Positions 51,601-62,500 of a stretch of DNA of 64,000 bases are shown here, one piece after another. The stretch covers positions 27,854,628-27,918,627 of the forward strand of contig OZ037767.1 of NCBI GenBank assembly GCA_964035545.1. Reading direction: 5' to 3'. The notes under the pieces were generated by a model. It was not told where the DNA came from, searched no databases, and saw only the letters and a list, made by a program, of their open reading frames with translations. Within the stretch, counting starts at the first letter, position 1; each line of letters begins with the position of its first letter. This DNA comes from Bugula neritina (Eukaryota; Animalia; Bryozoa). The translations under genes and the position numbers were made by a program.

Positions 51601-53379
51601 AGTGAAAAAAAGTGAAAAAGAGGGTTCGTATTTGTCATATCTCCATCAAATATTACTCTAGCAGCATATTTAAAGTAACTACTGTCACATACAGACTGTC
51701 ACTAAGAGTCTGACACTTGTAAAGAAATAAACCAACACTTACAGAGCCCGTTACCACCCAATTCTTTCGAGCTACAAAAACTGCAGCTCTAACTGGTGTG
51801 TCAGATGCAACTTCAAATGTCTTTATCAACGTCTGCAAAACAATAAAATTTAATTAAATCACAATATATCATTATCCCACTGTGCTTTTTATGAAAACTA
51901 ACAACAAATAAACAGGCAATCCAAATAGTTAAATAAATATTTGTTCTTGCTAGATTAACAAATTACTACATTAGAAAAAGTTTGCATTATTTTTACTTGC
52001 ACAAACAATGCACCGCCAGAAGCAAGTAAAGAAAAAAAAACAATTGAAACGAAACATTACACGACTTTTTAAACAGAGAATACACTTCAGCATTATTAAA
52101 ACAGCATGAATGAAGGTGATTGAAGTAAAGCAAACTGAATATTCCCATGTACCTGTGTTTCAATGTTCCACACATGTACGTTCCCCATGTAGAGACTGAC
52201 CAACGCCCATGGCTCAGACGGATGAAGATCAGTTGACTTGACCCTGTCCGACCGGGCAGACAACTTCCTCTTAACATCTAACTTAAGAGGCTGAAATAAC
52301 AAATAAGCTTTTATAAAACGAATATAGTAATTTAAAGCATATAATTATTGTACTAAAAACGTTGGTGGTAAAAATAATAATATTTTCAGGCAGATCTGCA
52401 TGCTTAAAACTTATACAATCTACATAAACACAAACAATTTTACAAGAAATACTTCAACCTAATTATTTTTGACGTTTACAATTGCCAAAACCTAAGATCA
52501 AGATAAACAATGTTGAAGTTGCAAAGAAATAACCAATAATAAAAATTTTAACTAAAATAACATTAGCGCAAAATTAATCTAACTCAACTATCAGACTCAG
52601 TATCAGTATACTATAAGTACCACTATTACTATTAGCGTGATTCTCATCATTATGACTCATGAGTATCATAATGATAATGATACTTATAGTATCACTATCA
52701 GTATGAGATATAGAAATAAAATAAGCACAGCTATGCTCAGCCCTAGTAATAATAGTAGTAGCAAGACAACAAGATGAAAACTACATTACTGGTTTATTGC
52801 TTCAAGTTTAAGTTTGAGTTTCTATATATTCATACACTATATACTATATTAGTATATACTTATAGTTATAGTAATAGTGATCACTGATCAGCAATGCAAC
52901 AGCAATTACTGATTAGCATTACATTTACAGTCTATACTCTAACTACTACTAGTGTTATACATTGAGTTATAGTACTACTACTCGTATTCCAATTTACATT
53001 TTTACTGATTTACAATTACTATTAGATTTAGTGTTACTGAATTAGTATTAGAGTAATAGTATTACTATAATACTAGATTTATTTTTTAACAATTTTTAAA
53101 AACTAATCACTCATTTTCAGTAAATGTAATTACTCATCAAATTCACTATAAATAGCATTACAAATATGAGTATGACTATCACTATTAGTATGAGTATCAC
53201 TGTCAGTATAAGTATGAAAGTATCAGTATGACTATGACTATGAGTATGAGTAAATTCAAAGTGCTATGAGTATGTAAAACTAAATCAGTAAATCAAAATG
53301 TAATCATCATTTAGTTTAAAATTATCATGAATATCACACAACAACTATCAATAAAACAAAACACTAAAATATTTACCAT
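42654..53379 (-). CDS. COPB2: Coatomer subunit beta' (beta'-COP), ~940 aa
   Basis: 21 exons: 53379-53377 (ATG only), 52290-52153, 51832-51743, 51445-51319, 51002-50854, 50645-50499, 50152-50053, 49700-49558, 49032-48833, 48124-47925, 47683-47577, 47208-47065, 46856-46739, 46613-46453, 46211-46041, 45766-45629, 45234-45065, 44282-44102, 43980-43882, 43619-43419, 42689-42654 (sum 2823 nt). Motifs [77 protein letters not shown] and acidic tail [11 protein letters not shown]. Confidence 0.98.
44298..45085 (-). repeat. 37-bp tandem array (20 intronic copies plus the exonic source) duplicating a COPB2 exon end and donor
   Basis: CCTGG recurs every 37 nt from 44324 to 45064. The sense unit is GTATATATAGTATATACTTACCTAGTCACACCTCCAG. 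Confidence 0.97.
45270..45467. repeat. ~22-24 bp degenerate minisatellite near a COPB2 acceptor
   Basis: TAGTATATTGAAGTA(C/T)(A/G)GTAT recurs about 7 times. Confidence 0.85.
47272..47568. repeat. 32-bp minisatellite (~9 copies) next to a COPB2 donor
   Basis: Unit CACGGTAAGTAGAGTGTACATACAGTAAGTAG on +; explains three overlapping repetitive ORFs. Confidence 0.96.
48295..48368. repeat. 18-bp tandem repeat, 4 copies
   Basis: GGCTACCAAGGTCACCGT variants. Confidence 0.9.
52560..53350. other. Periodic ANT tract in COPB2 intron 1
   Basis: gagtatgactatcactattagtatgagtatcactgtcagtataagtatg and similar runs within intron 52291-53376. Confidence 0.8.
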
Positions 53380-53775
53380 CTTTTGTCCCAAGTCTACAAA
53401 ATATCCACACTGCAATGGTTTCTATTTTTCACAGTCTTTAAATCAAATGAAATGCTTAATTACTAGATTTTTTCTTATTTTGTTTGAACCGGTAGTGGAC
53501 GTGGCCTCGCATGTGCGCATGCGGTATTTTGATCCTCTTTTATTCAGTCTATTCAAAAATCGTAAACACTTCTGAGTCAAAATTAATTATTACGATAACA
53601 CATTAAAAGGAACACCAACAGCTGCACGAATAATTTGCTTTCGTAATTGCTAACGTAGAAACTTCCAAATACCACTGTAGCTAGAAGTAGAAGCACAACT
53701 ATTGTGGTTTACTTTACAGTTTCTTGTTTTTACTTTTAGTCATTCTTTAAATATATAATTTACATTGTTTATAGA
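53380..53775. promoter_or_regulatory. Compact bidirectional promoter shared by COPB2 and SPCS1
   Basis: Start codons are head-to-head ~400 bp apart. A central GC patch has GACGTGGC (53498-53505, XBP1/CREB3-type) and TGCGCATGCG (53514-53523, NRF1/Ewg-type). Confidence 0.75.
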
Positions 53776-55155
53776 ATGGCAAGTTTAGAATGGCTGCAAG
53801 ACATGTGCCCTGAGCCAATAAAATCATTCCCATCCCACATGGTAAGTTTAAAAAGGAGTTCAACTTTGAAAACAAGTTTAGTAATAGTAATACTAATTAG
53901 TATGAATTTCACTTTTAGCCTTTAGGCTGGACACTTAAACTTGAAGTTGAAGTCAAGTGAAGTTGAAGTTGGTGGCCAATCAAATATAAGTCGATCCCTG
54001 TCCATAACCACTCACACTGCCATGGTTTTAGTTTTTACCCAATCATAAATGTCTGTTTAAATTAAACTTTGAAAGATCAAATATTTGGACTCGTAGTTAG
54101 TTAAAATTGCTTAAAATCAAAATGAAATCAGTTTGGTAATGAATTTTTCCTTGTCATTCTTCTTTTTAGGTAATAGCTTACAATGCTCGGCTAAAGTTTT
54201 TAGTCGCACAAAGCGTTCATACTCTTTAGCTGCATTTGTCACATTAGATTGTAGTTTGGTTATGTTGAATTTTATCTTTTTCTCAAATCTTCTTCTTGCA
54301 CTCACTGAAAATATTCTTGGAAGTATCTAATGCATTGCTTTTGTTTTGTTTAGGACTACCTTGGTCAACAAAAAGCTGAACGAATTTTTCAAGTTATTAT
54401 AACTATCTGTGCTGTGAGTATGAAACATATTTTATATACATGGTTTGTTCTATAATTATTCAAGGATGAAACTATAATATTAGCTGTACATACTTTGTTA
54501 TTCTTATGTTTTTGGAAACAATAAACTGATTATTCTGCAGCTGCTCACTGCTATTACACTGTGTGTTGGATATTTGGACTGTGTCACACTTCTTATATTA
54601 TTTTGTGTGTTTTTAGGTTGTAGGATTTGTACTGGGATATAAGGAGCAGAGATTTTCATACACAGTGTACTGTACCTTGGGAGGATTTTTTGTTTCATGT
54701 CTGGTAAGCCTCTTTGTGTTTTACTTTAACTTATTTTGTATTTTTATCCTTTATAATCTTTGTGAGGCTACTTTTATTACACATAAAACGTTTGGTAAAG
54801 GTGCCTGTTATGAGTTAGATTATTAGCAAATTTGTTAGACTACATTGCGTTGGATATAGTTAGCATTTATCATGCTAAAGGTTAGATGACAAACTTAATT
54901 TGCTTTGGATTGCCATGACAAACATTTGCTATATTATTATAGTATATGGGTAGGCAAGTGCTAATACTTTTGTTAGACTGATTCTACTCTCCAGTTATGT
55001 TTTATAACATATAATCTTTATATGTCTATGTTTAGATTATATTATTCCCATGGCCCATATTCAGAGTTAGAAAAGATTTAGTTTGGAGAAAAGTGCTTGC
55101 AACAGATGCTAAAGATGGTGATACCGCAACTGGTCAGAAGTCTAAGAAAAACTAA
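53776..55155 (+). CDS. SPCS1: Signal peptidase complex subunit 1 (SPC12), 110 aa
   Basis: Not in the ORF track. Exons 53776-53841, 54354-54413, 54617-54703, 55036-55155 translate to MASLEWLQDMCPEPIKSFPSHMDYLGQQKAERIFQVIITICAVVGFVLGYKEQRFSYTVYCTLGGFFVSCLIILFPWPIFRVRKDLVWRK..., matching the SPC12 motifs MDYxGQxxAE and PWPI, with two TM segments. Confidence 0.95.
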
Positions 55156-56109
55156 ATGTTACTTTGCATATATTTTGTTAAATTATAGTTATACATAAGG
55201 ATATTCCTATAGTAATTTATTAAGATCTGCAATTGTTGTAATTTCAAGCCTTTGTTAAATATCTGTTGTCACTAATTTGCTAAAATAAGTATTGTTAGTA
55301 AAATAAATTATAGCATGAATTGCACTGTGTTCCGATTATTATATTGGAGTTATTTCCTTTGTGATCAAGATACTTGGAATACCAATCGCTACTCTTTAAG
55401 AGAGCACAACTTTGACAGTCACAGAATACAGCTGGCTAGGGCATAAGTATAATAAAAAAGCTTATAATTAACAAGGAACAATAATCTAGCTGTTAAAATA
55501 AATTTAGACTTAAGCTCTAGAATGATAATGTTGAAATTAAAGAGAAAATGTTGAGACTAACTACAACACGCTTACTCCATGATTTTAATAATCTTAAGCT
55601 ATTAACTGGCTTTGCATTTCCAAGGCAAATCTACTCTGCTAAAAAAGTTACAGTCAGCTAGTGCATACCCCACCACATACTCTATGAAAAATACATCATC
55701 ATATAAATTATTCAACATCTAAATTTTAATAATGACTAGAACCAAATATATATGCTTTTCAAAAATACATTAGTTTAAATATAAATATTGAACACACAAC
55801 TGCTGGTGATTTCATTAACTACAAACTACATATTCATAATATGTTATGTTTCTTTTAAAAATGCACAAAATGATAATATCTTGAACTAGAAATCAATTAA
55901 CCAATCAATGCGTTATAATGAATTAAAATACAATTATACTATATTTGTAATAATAAATCTAGAGTAAACTTTATTACAAATTCACAATATTACCTATAAA
56001 GGTTTGATTTACTTATTTTTATACTTATATGGCTCATACAGTATGGGTGAAATATGCCAACCACTGGAGCATTACACTGCCTTGTTCATTATTCTAAAAG
56101 GAGAACCTG

Positions 56110-58159
56110 CTACTGGTCTATATTGTTCATAGAATTTGGCATTCTAGCTCTATGTCTTCTAATCAAACTGGTGTTTTTGGCTACAGACGAGGGTTTTGGT
56201 AAAGCTGGAGGTGTAGGCAAACTAAACGTACGCATATCAGAAACTGAATTGCTTTTAGTAAGCAGTTCGGAGTTAGACTGAGATAGGCTTTTTCCAGTTA
56301 GTTGAATGTTGTCTGAGGCATTAGGGGTGTGGGCTGGAAAATCTATTGATATCTCTTTGCCTTTCCACTTCCCCATTTCTCCAGACATCTGTGTCAGGTC
56401 CACCTCAGTGTTGGAAGAAAGCTTTTGCCTGTCTATTATACGTGAGGAGCTGGAGACAAGAGATGGCAGGTGTTCACTCTTGCTATCCACATAGTCTGAA
56501 AGTTCTTGTCTTATTAGCTCACTCATACATGATGCTGATCTACTCATTCTCCTACCTGCATGAATAGGAATACAAGATCATCAAAATTTGTTCTAGCTCA
56601 AGAATTTATTCAAAAGTTTAAATTCTGTGAACACATCCAGTCTAACACACCTATTGCATGCTCATTATTTGGCAATCCTCTTTTTAAAACAAAAGTACAT
56701 AAGAGTCAACCTTCCAACTGCATGTCTCATATCAGTTAGAGCATTCACTAAACCATATAATAAAATAAGATTGTAAAACATTGTCTGAACATGAATAGCT
56801 AGCTTATGAGAATCATTTGAATAAGGCAATAGTAGAGGTAAATATTGTATCTTCAATATAAAATACAATAATGAACAAGGACCAATAACTATAAAAATGT
56901 TCACATTTATTGAGGTAGGCGCAGCAATGACAAAATTTAGAAAGACTGTGTTCTAAATGAGAAACTCGGGCTATTAAAATTCTTTTGCCACTGAAACTAT
57001 ACATATCTCACTATAGAGTTTATTTAAAATCCTCACCACTGCAAGATAGTAGTAATGAATAAAATTACAATGAAGGCTTTTACTTATATTAATACTTTCC
57101 TCAATTCTAGCACAAAATATTTATAACAAATACAAATGTTTTAGTCCATCTTATAATAATAGCACTACATCGTAATGCATTATCACTTATTAATAGAAAA
57201 GTTGATATAAAAAGAATATATATATTATATTAGGGCTACTTACAATCTGCAATGAACTCTTACCTCTATCTTTAACACACTGAGGGATATCATGACCCGG
57301 CATTTCTCCTCCAGCTGTTGATATCAACAGAGGCAGCTTGCTTTGAGCCACTGAAACAGCATAGAAAGTAGCCCGAAGTGAGCACGAGAATGGCAGCAGC
57401 ACAAATATTATTGAGCAAAATGTTGAGAATGTCATTGAACTGGCAGCATAGAATTCTGCTATTGAAGATCAATTTGATTGGGCGTTGACCGCTGCTCTAT
57501 CCTCGAGGTGAAGTCATATATAGATACACATCACAACAGATTGAAATCTCACTATAAGATAGTTTTAAACTGAAGCAACACCCATAATCTATATAGGCAT
57601 GCCATAACACACTGAATATTTAGAGGTCTTATGTGATATGCTTATAATGTAACTTTTCCAAGATTCTGGTGTATTGGAACACTAGGTAACTATTTACTAA
57701 ACATAATTTTTAAGGTCTGCACCTAAGAATAAATATGCTTAGCTGACAAAAAAACACATAACAGTGTAGGGTTAAAATCACAGAGGCTGCCCAAGTTTTA
57801 TCTAAACCAGACATACAGTGCATTAAAACAAACACTAAGTTTTCTGGATGATTCTTCATAATAATATAACTTGCAAGTAATCAATTAAGTCTTGTAAAAG
57901 TTAGCTGTGGTAAAATCTATTAAATCCTTCTACATAATTCTTACAGGCCAAACTTCCAATCTATAGCTGATGTACCAACAATTAATTCTTTATAGAAGAC
58001 TTGTGGGGAAATAACAATAAAATCTGTAAATGCTTTGACAAAACAGTAACATGAAAGAATAAATAAATGGCAAATATATTACATAGGGGACAAATGCAAT
58101 TTAAGTAAAATGCATTTAAAGTTTTTTATAGCAAACTTACTTGAAGAGTCATCTAGCAT
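56110..58159 (-). CDS. Uncharacterised Ser-rich protein (~185 aa), or alternative 3' exons of the upstream Bcl-G-like gene
   Basis: Exons 58169-58141 (ATG at 58159), 57350-57264 and 56555-56110 are phase-compatible with strong GT-AG sites: MLDDSSMAQSKLPLL...VKDRGRRMSRSASCMSEL...NNIDQ*. No domain recognised. Confidence 0.6.
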
Positions 58160-59507
58160 TATGAACTTCCTGAAACATTTTTTCAAAATTTAGTCACACT
58201 CATTCTTGCACTCACACATGCTTATAATACTTTGTGTGTGCTTGGGTTTGAAATAAAACATAATATTAGATCAATAATATTAAAGCACGAAACGACAATT
58301 AGCTTCAAGTATGCATAGCTCTACTAACACGATATCAAGTAACAGGCACACCGGGAGTTAATCATTTAATCAAATAACAACCAATACAAAATTAGTAGGA
58401 TTTTGACCACACAATATAATATAATTATAATCTAGGCATGTAGCTGCTTTCTCAGGGATTTAAACTGCATAGAAAATTTAATGATCTAATCTAATGAAGC
58501 ATCTAAAATTTTAGGTTTTTTTTTCTTTGAATACCGAAGTTCAAAATAATTCTACAATTTTACCATCTTTTAAGATGTCAAAATACCACTATAAATGATC
58601 CCTACAACAAAGATATTGCATACAGTTTAAAACTTGACCTTTTCGCATATTTATGTAGAATTAAACTTTTTGCAGGAAATAAAATAAAGGTGACTTATTG
58701 CAATTTCTAAATAGTTTGCTTTTTAGCTTCATACTTTTTCAATTCATATTCCTACGTAATAAGATGCATTGAAGTCGATTACTTCAATATTATGTCATGT
58801 TATAAAACATAGAGTATATGAGTATGTAAAGTACTACACACTAAAACCAGAAACAAAGTTGATAATTGAAACAATTGAATAAATGTATTATAAATTAAAA
58901 GATAATTATTTTTATAATATCAACAGTTATTACTAAGTTTTCTGATGAAAAATATATTACAGTGTGTAAAAAACTGTACAATTGAGGTCAATAAAAACAT
59001 AAATAATATCATCTCTGGTGCTCTTATTTTACACAATTTGATAAAAACAATGTGAGAATATAATATGTATAGAAAATTGAAATAGAAATTAACAAACAAC
59101 TAAAGCCATGGTTAGATACTGACTATATCTAATATAGCGGCTGCATAGATATTCACCTATAAATCTAATTGTAAAATAGTAGAAAAACATTGAATGTTTG
59201 AAAACAGCATATCATTGCACTGAACATGTATTTTTGATAAAAACTCCTATCATAATAAATACCATGACATAGAAATTTCACCAGGACAGCCTAAATTTGA
59301 TTACATCTTTGGCCACAGGATTGCAATTTGTGACATTTTAATACAAACTGAAAACACCTCTCAAAATGCACAAATTTCTGAGCCGATAAAAACGAAACTT
59401 TTTATAATTATCTGTCGTGGCATCATTTAACCCTAACCAGAAAGAGCCAGTCATTTCGATAGTAAAGAGAATATAACATGAGTAACACGACCTTCACAGC
59501 TGATCAC

Positions 59508-62500
59508 TCAATCCACCTCCAACTCGCTTGAACTCTCCTCTAACATTGAATCCTACAAAATCAAATTTCAATTATTTCCAAACCGCAAGACGTAGAAGCA
59601 AAACTAGAATTCACACAAACCAACCCGATGTCTTCCATTCAACCACAGCATAGTAACTTTCCCCTTCATGCTATGCCTTACAATCAGGTGCAGGTGAGAA
59701 CAAATCCTTTTTATTTAATTATTATTAAAGCATAATTGACGAAGTGTTTTGGATAACTCACACATGAAGGAAATATCGATTCTAGCATAGGAGGGCATGT
59801 CCACTAAATCAGTTAGTGATAATGACCTATTTATTGGTCAGATGATCAAAATGAAATTACAAACTAAGAGTTCATGACACTGAATTCCACACATGCATAA
59901 CCAATAAAGTTACATAATCATCATTTGAATGCATTTCAATCTGAAACACCAACTGTTTTCACACTTTCTATGTCATTTTTTCCATACAGTTTAAATTGAA
60001 AAGCAATATGTAAAGATAATCTATTATATTTTTGGTAGAATAAATTAAAGAGTGAATTACAAAACACGTACCCATCCGCCATTGGACATTATATATTGAG
60101 CAACATTATTTTCTATATAGTTCAGTGCATTCTCTTTGATTTGATTGGCCAGTGTACCGGTTTTCCCAGCAAGTTTCCACAATCTTGAAGTTATGCTATA
60201 ATAACACAATTTTCCCAAGTATATAAATGTAACAAGTTATAGAATACCTACAATCATTATATCAGTGAATAGCTACATGCTGTCTTCAAAAGACATATGG
60301 TGGTTTAGCATAACTGTAAGACACACTGGGTTATTTTGACAGACCTAAATGCATTTCAACAAAGGATTTCATTGCTCTTGTTTTACAGTAAGACCAAAGT
60401 TAAATTAATTTCCTCTAGTCATGTGATTTAAGGAAAACAAAGTTTCGCCCAGCTTCCTAGTTAATTTTGCTAAGTATCAAAAAATTAGGCAGCCTTTGAC
60501 AGTATCACATTACTGTTGTCAAAGAGAAGACAACTCTCTATTCCTTGTGAAAAAGTCTCTTACTTTTACGTAGTTTCCAACATCATTATCTCACAAATAC
60601 ACGATATTCCAGTCAAAGAGCAGGCAGATAACTCCTCATGTTAATGTTAAGTGAGTCATACCTGAAAACAGCCGTGATCTTCTGCATGTATGACTGTTCA
60701 TGTGTGCTCGTGTTGGCAATTATCTTCTCAAAGACCTCGTAGTTGCCCATCTCTCTCATTATTGCACTGCCAAACATCGTCTGCCATAAAAGAGATGATA
60801 ATATGAATATTTGTACCGAATGAATAGAATATGATCTATGAAAGTAGGTGTACCGAAACCTATGTCGGCCTGTTGTGGGAGCCTTTTCATTGCAGCAAAA
60901 ATTTAATCCGACAGAAAACTAAATCATCACAGAAAATTATTTACAAAAATAGATGTCCGTGTGTGTACATGTGTGTGCACATGTGTATGTGTGTGTACAT
61001 GTGTGTGTAGGTGTGCACATGTGTACATGTGTGTGTACATGTGTGTATGTATGTGTGTATGTGTGTGTGTGTACGTGTGTATATGTGTACATGCACGCGC
61101 ATGAGTAAATGTGTGCATTTTGGGCATATCAGGTAAAGAGGAAAAACGTCTGAACTGATAAATATTAGGAGATAAACTAACGGATAAGCTGGGGTTATAA
61201 CTATGAAGATGATCTCCCCTGGCACGGAGCATGGCACCCAGTGATGCTACATCTGTGGCTGTTATAGACGACTCCAGAATAGAAGTGCTATCATCTGAGT
61301 TCTGACCTTCACCTTCTGGAATATTCTCCATTTCTGTAAACAGTTTATTGATTAATAAACGGGTTTGTAGCATTGCAAATGCATTTATCATTCACAGAAT
61401 TATTATGATATATATCATATTAATCGTATGTACGATAACACATACAGCAATGTAAGCACACATTTTACAGCACCTACTGTAAGCACATATATAATAACAC
61501 TTACTGTAAGTACATGCATTATAACACTTACTAAAAGAGCCAAATGCCATGCCAGCTCCAGAAGTAGATAACTCTAATGTCTCCTTTTGACCATGTGATG
61601 ACGTAGAAGAACTGGACTTGGCCGACACAAACGAAGTATTTCTCTCCAGACTAGAAGACTTGCCAGAAGTTGGCAAGCTGCCAATATACATTCCGGTGAA
61701 ACTTTCCTCCAGAGGAGTGTTGTAGTTGCTGCTGACAGGGTCATTGTCTGACTCCCAGGCTTTGACCAACCGAGAGATTTTAGAGGCTATCTGAAGAGAA
61801 CAGTGGTAAACTTATATAATAATATATCACGTGTATCTGAGTGATTATATCATGATATATCACATGCACCTGTGTGAGTATGTCACAATATATCAGATGT
61901 ACCTGTGTTATTATGTCATAGTATATTACATGTACATGGGTGTCAGTGAACTAATATTATTACAATACAAAGCACAACAAGAAATCTCAGAGGTTGTGGT
62001 CTGTTACAGGAAACAGGAAATAAAACTCACATGTCTGTACATCTTATCTCTCTCTAACTGGTTTCTCTTTGCCTGTGGTATGTGTTTTATTCGCTCAATC
62101 TCTACAGCAACAATATAAAAGCATATACCAAACAACCTTAGTTTCTGCGATAACTTGAATTTATAATCATTAAAATAAAAACAAAATTACAAAATAACAT
62201 TACATTAGAAATACATACATGCTTACAATTGAACGAAAAATAATTGTAGAAAATAATGCATTATAAATACAAACAACTAAAGGAACTAGAGCTGCTTAAA
62301 TAAACTTTAGCCTCAGTTCTGCCTACCAGAGTCGGAGTCCATTTCGGACTCGGCTTTGGGGCCCTTCTTTTTCTTATCCATGAACACCATCCCATCGACA
62401 CTAGTGACGGTTTTCAGCACCTTCTCTCCGTTACGTCGCGTCAACAGGGACCGTGTGCGGCCGACTGTAGCCTCCACATTCAGAGGGAGACGGAGTTTCT

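Noticed and set aside
59428-59438. Telomere-like TAACCCTAACC
   Set aside because: Fewer than two units; chance level.
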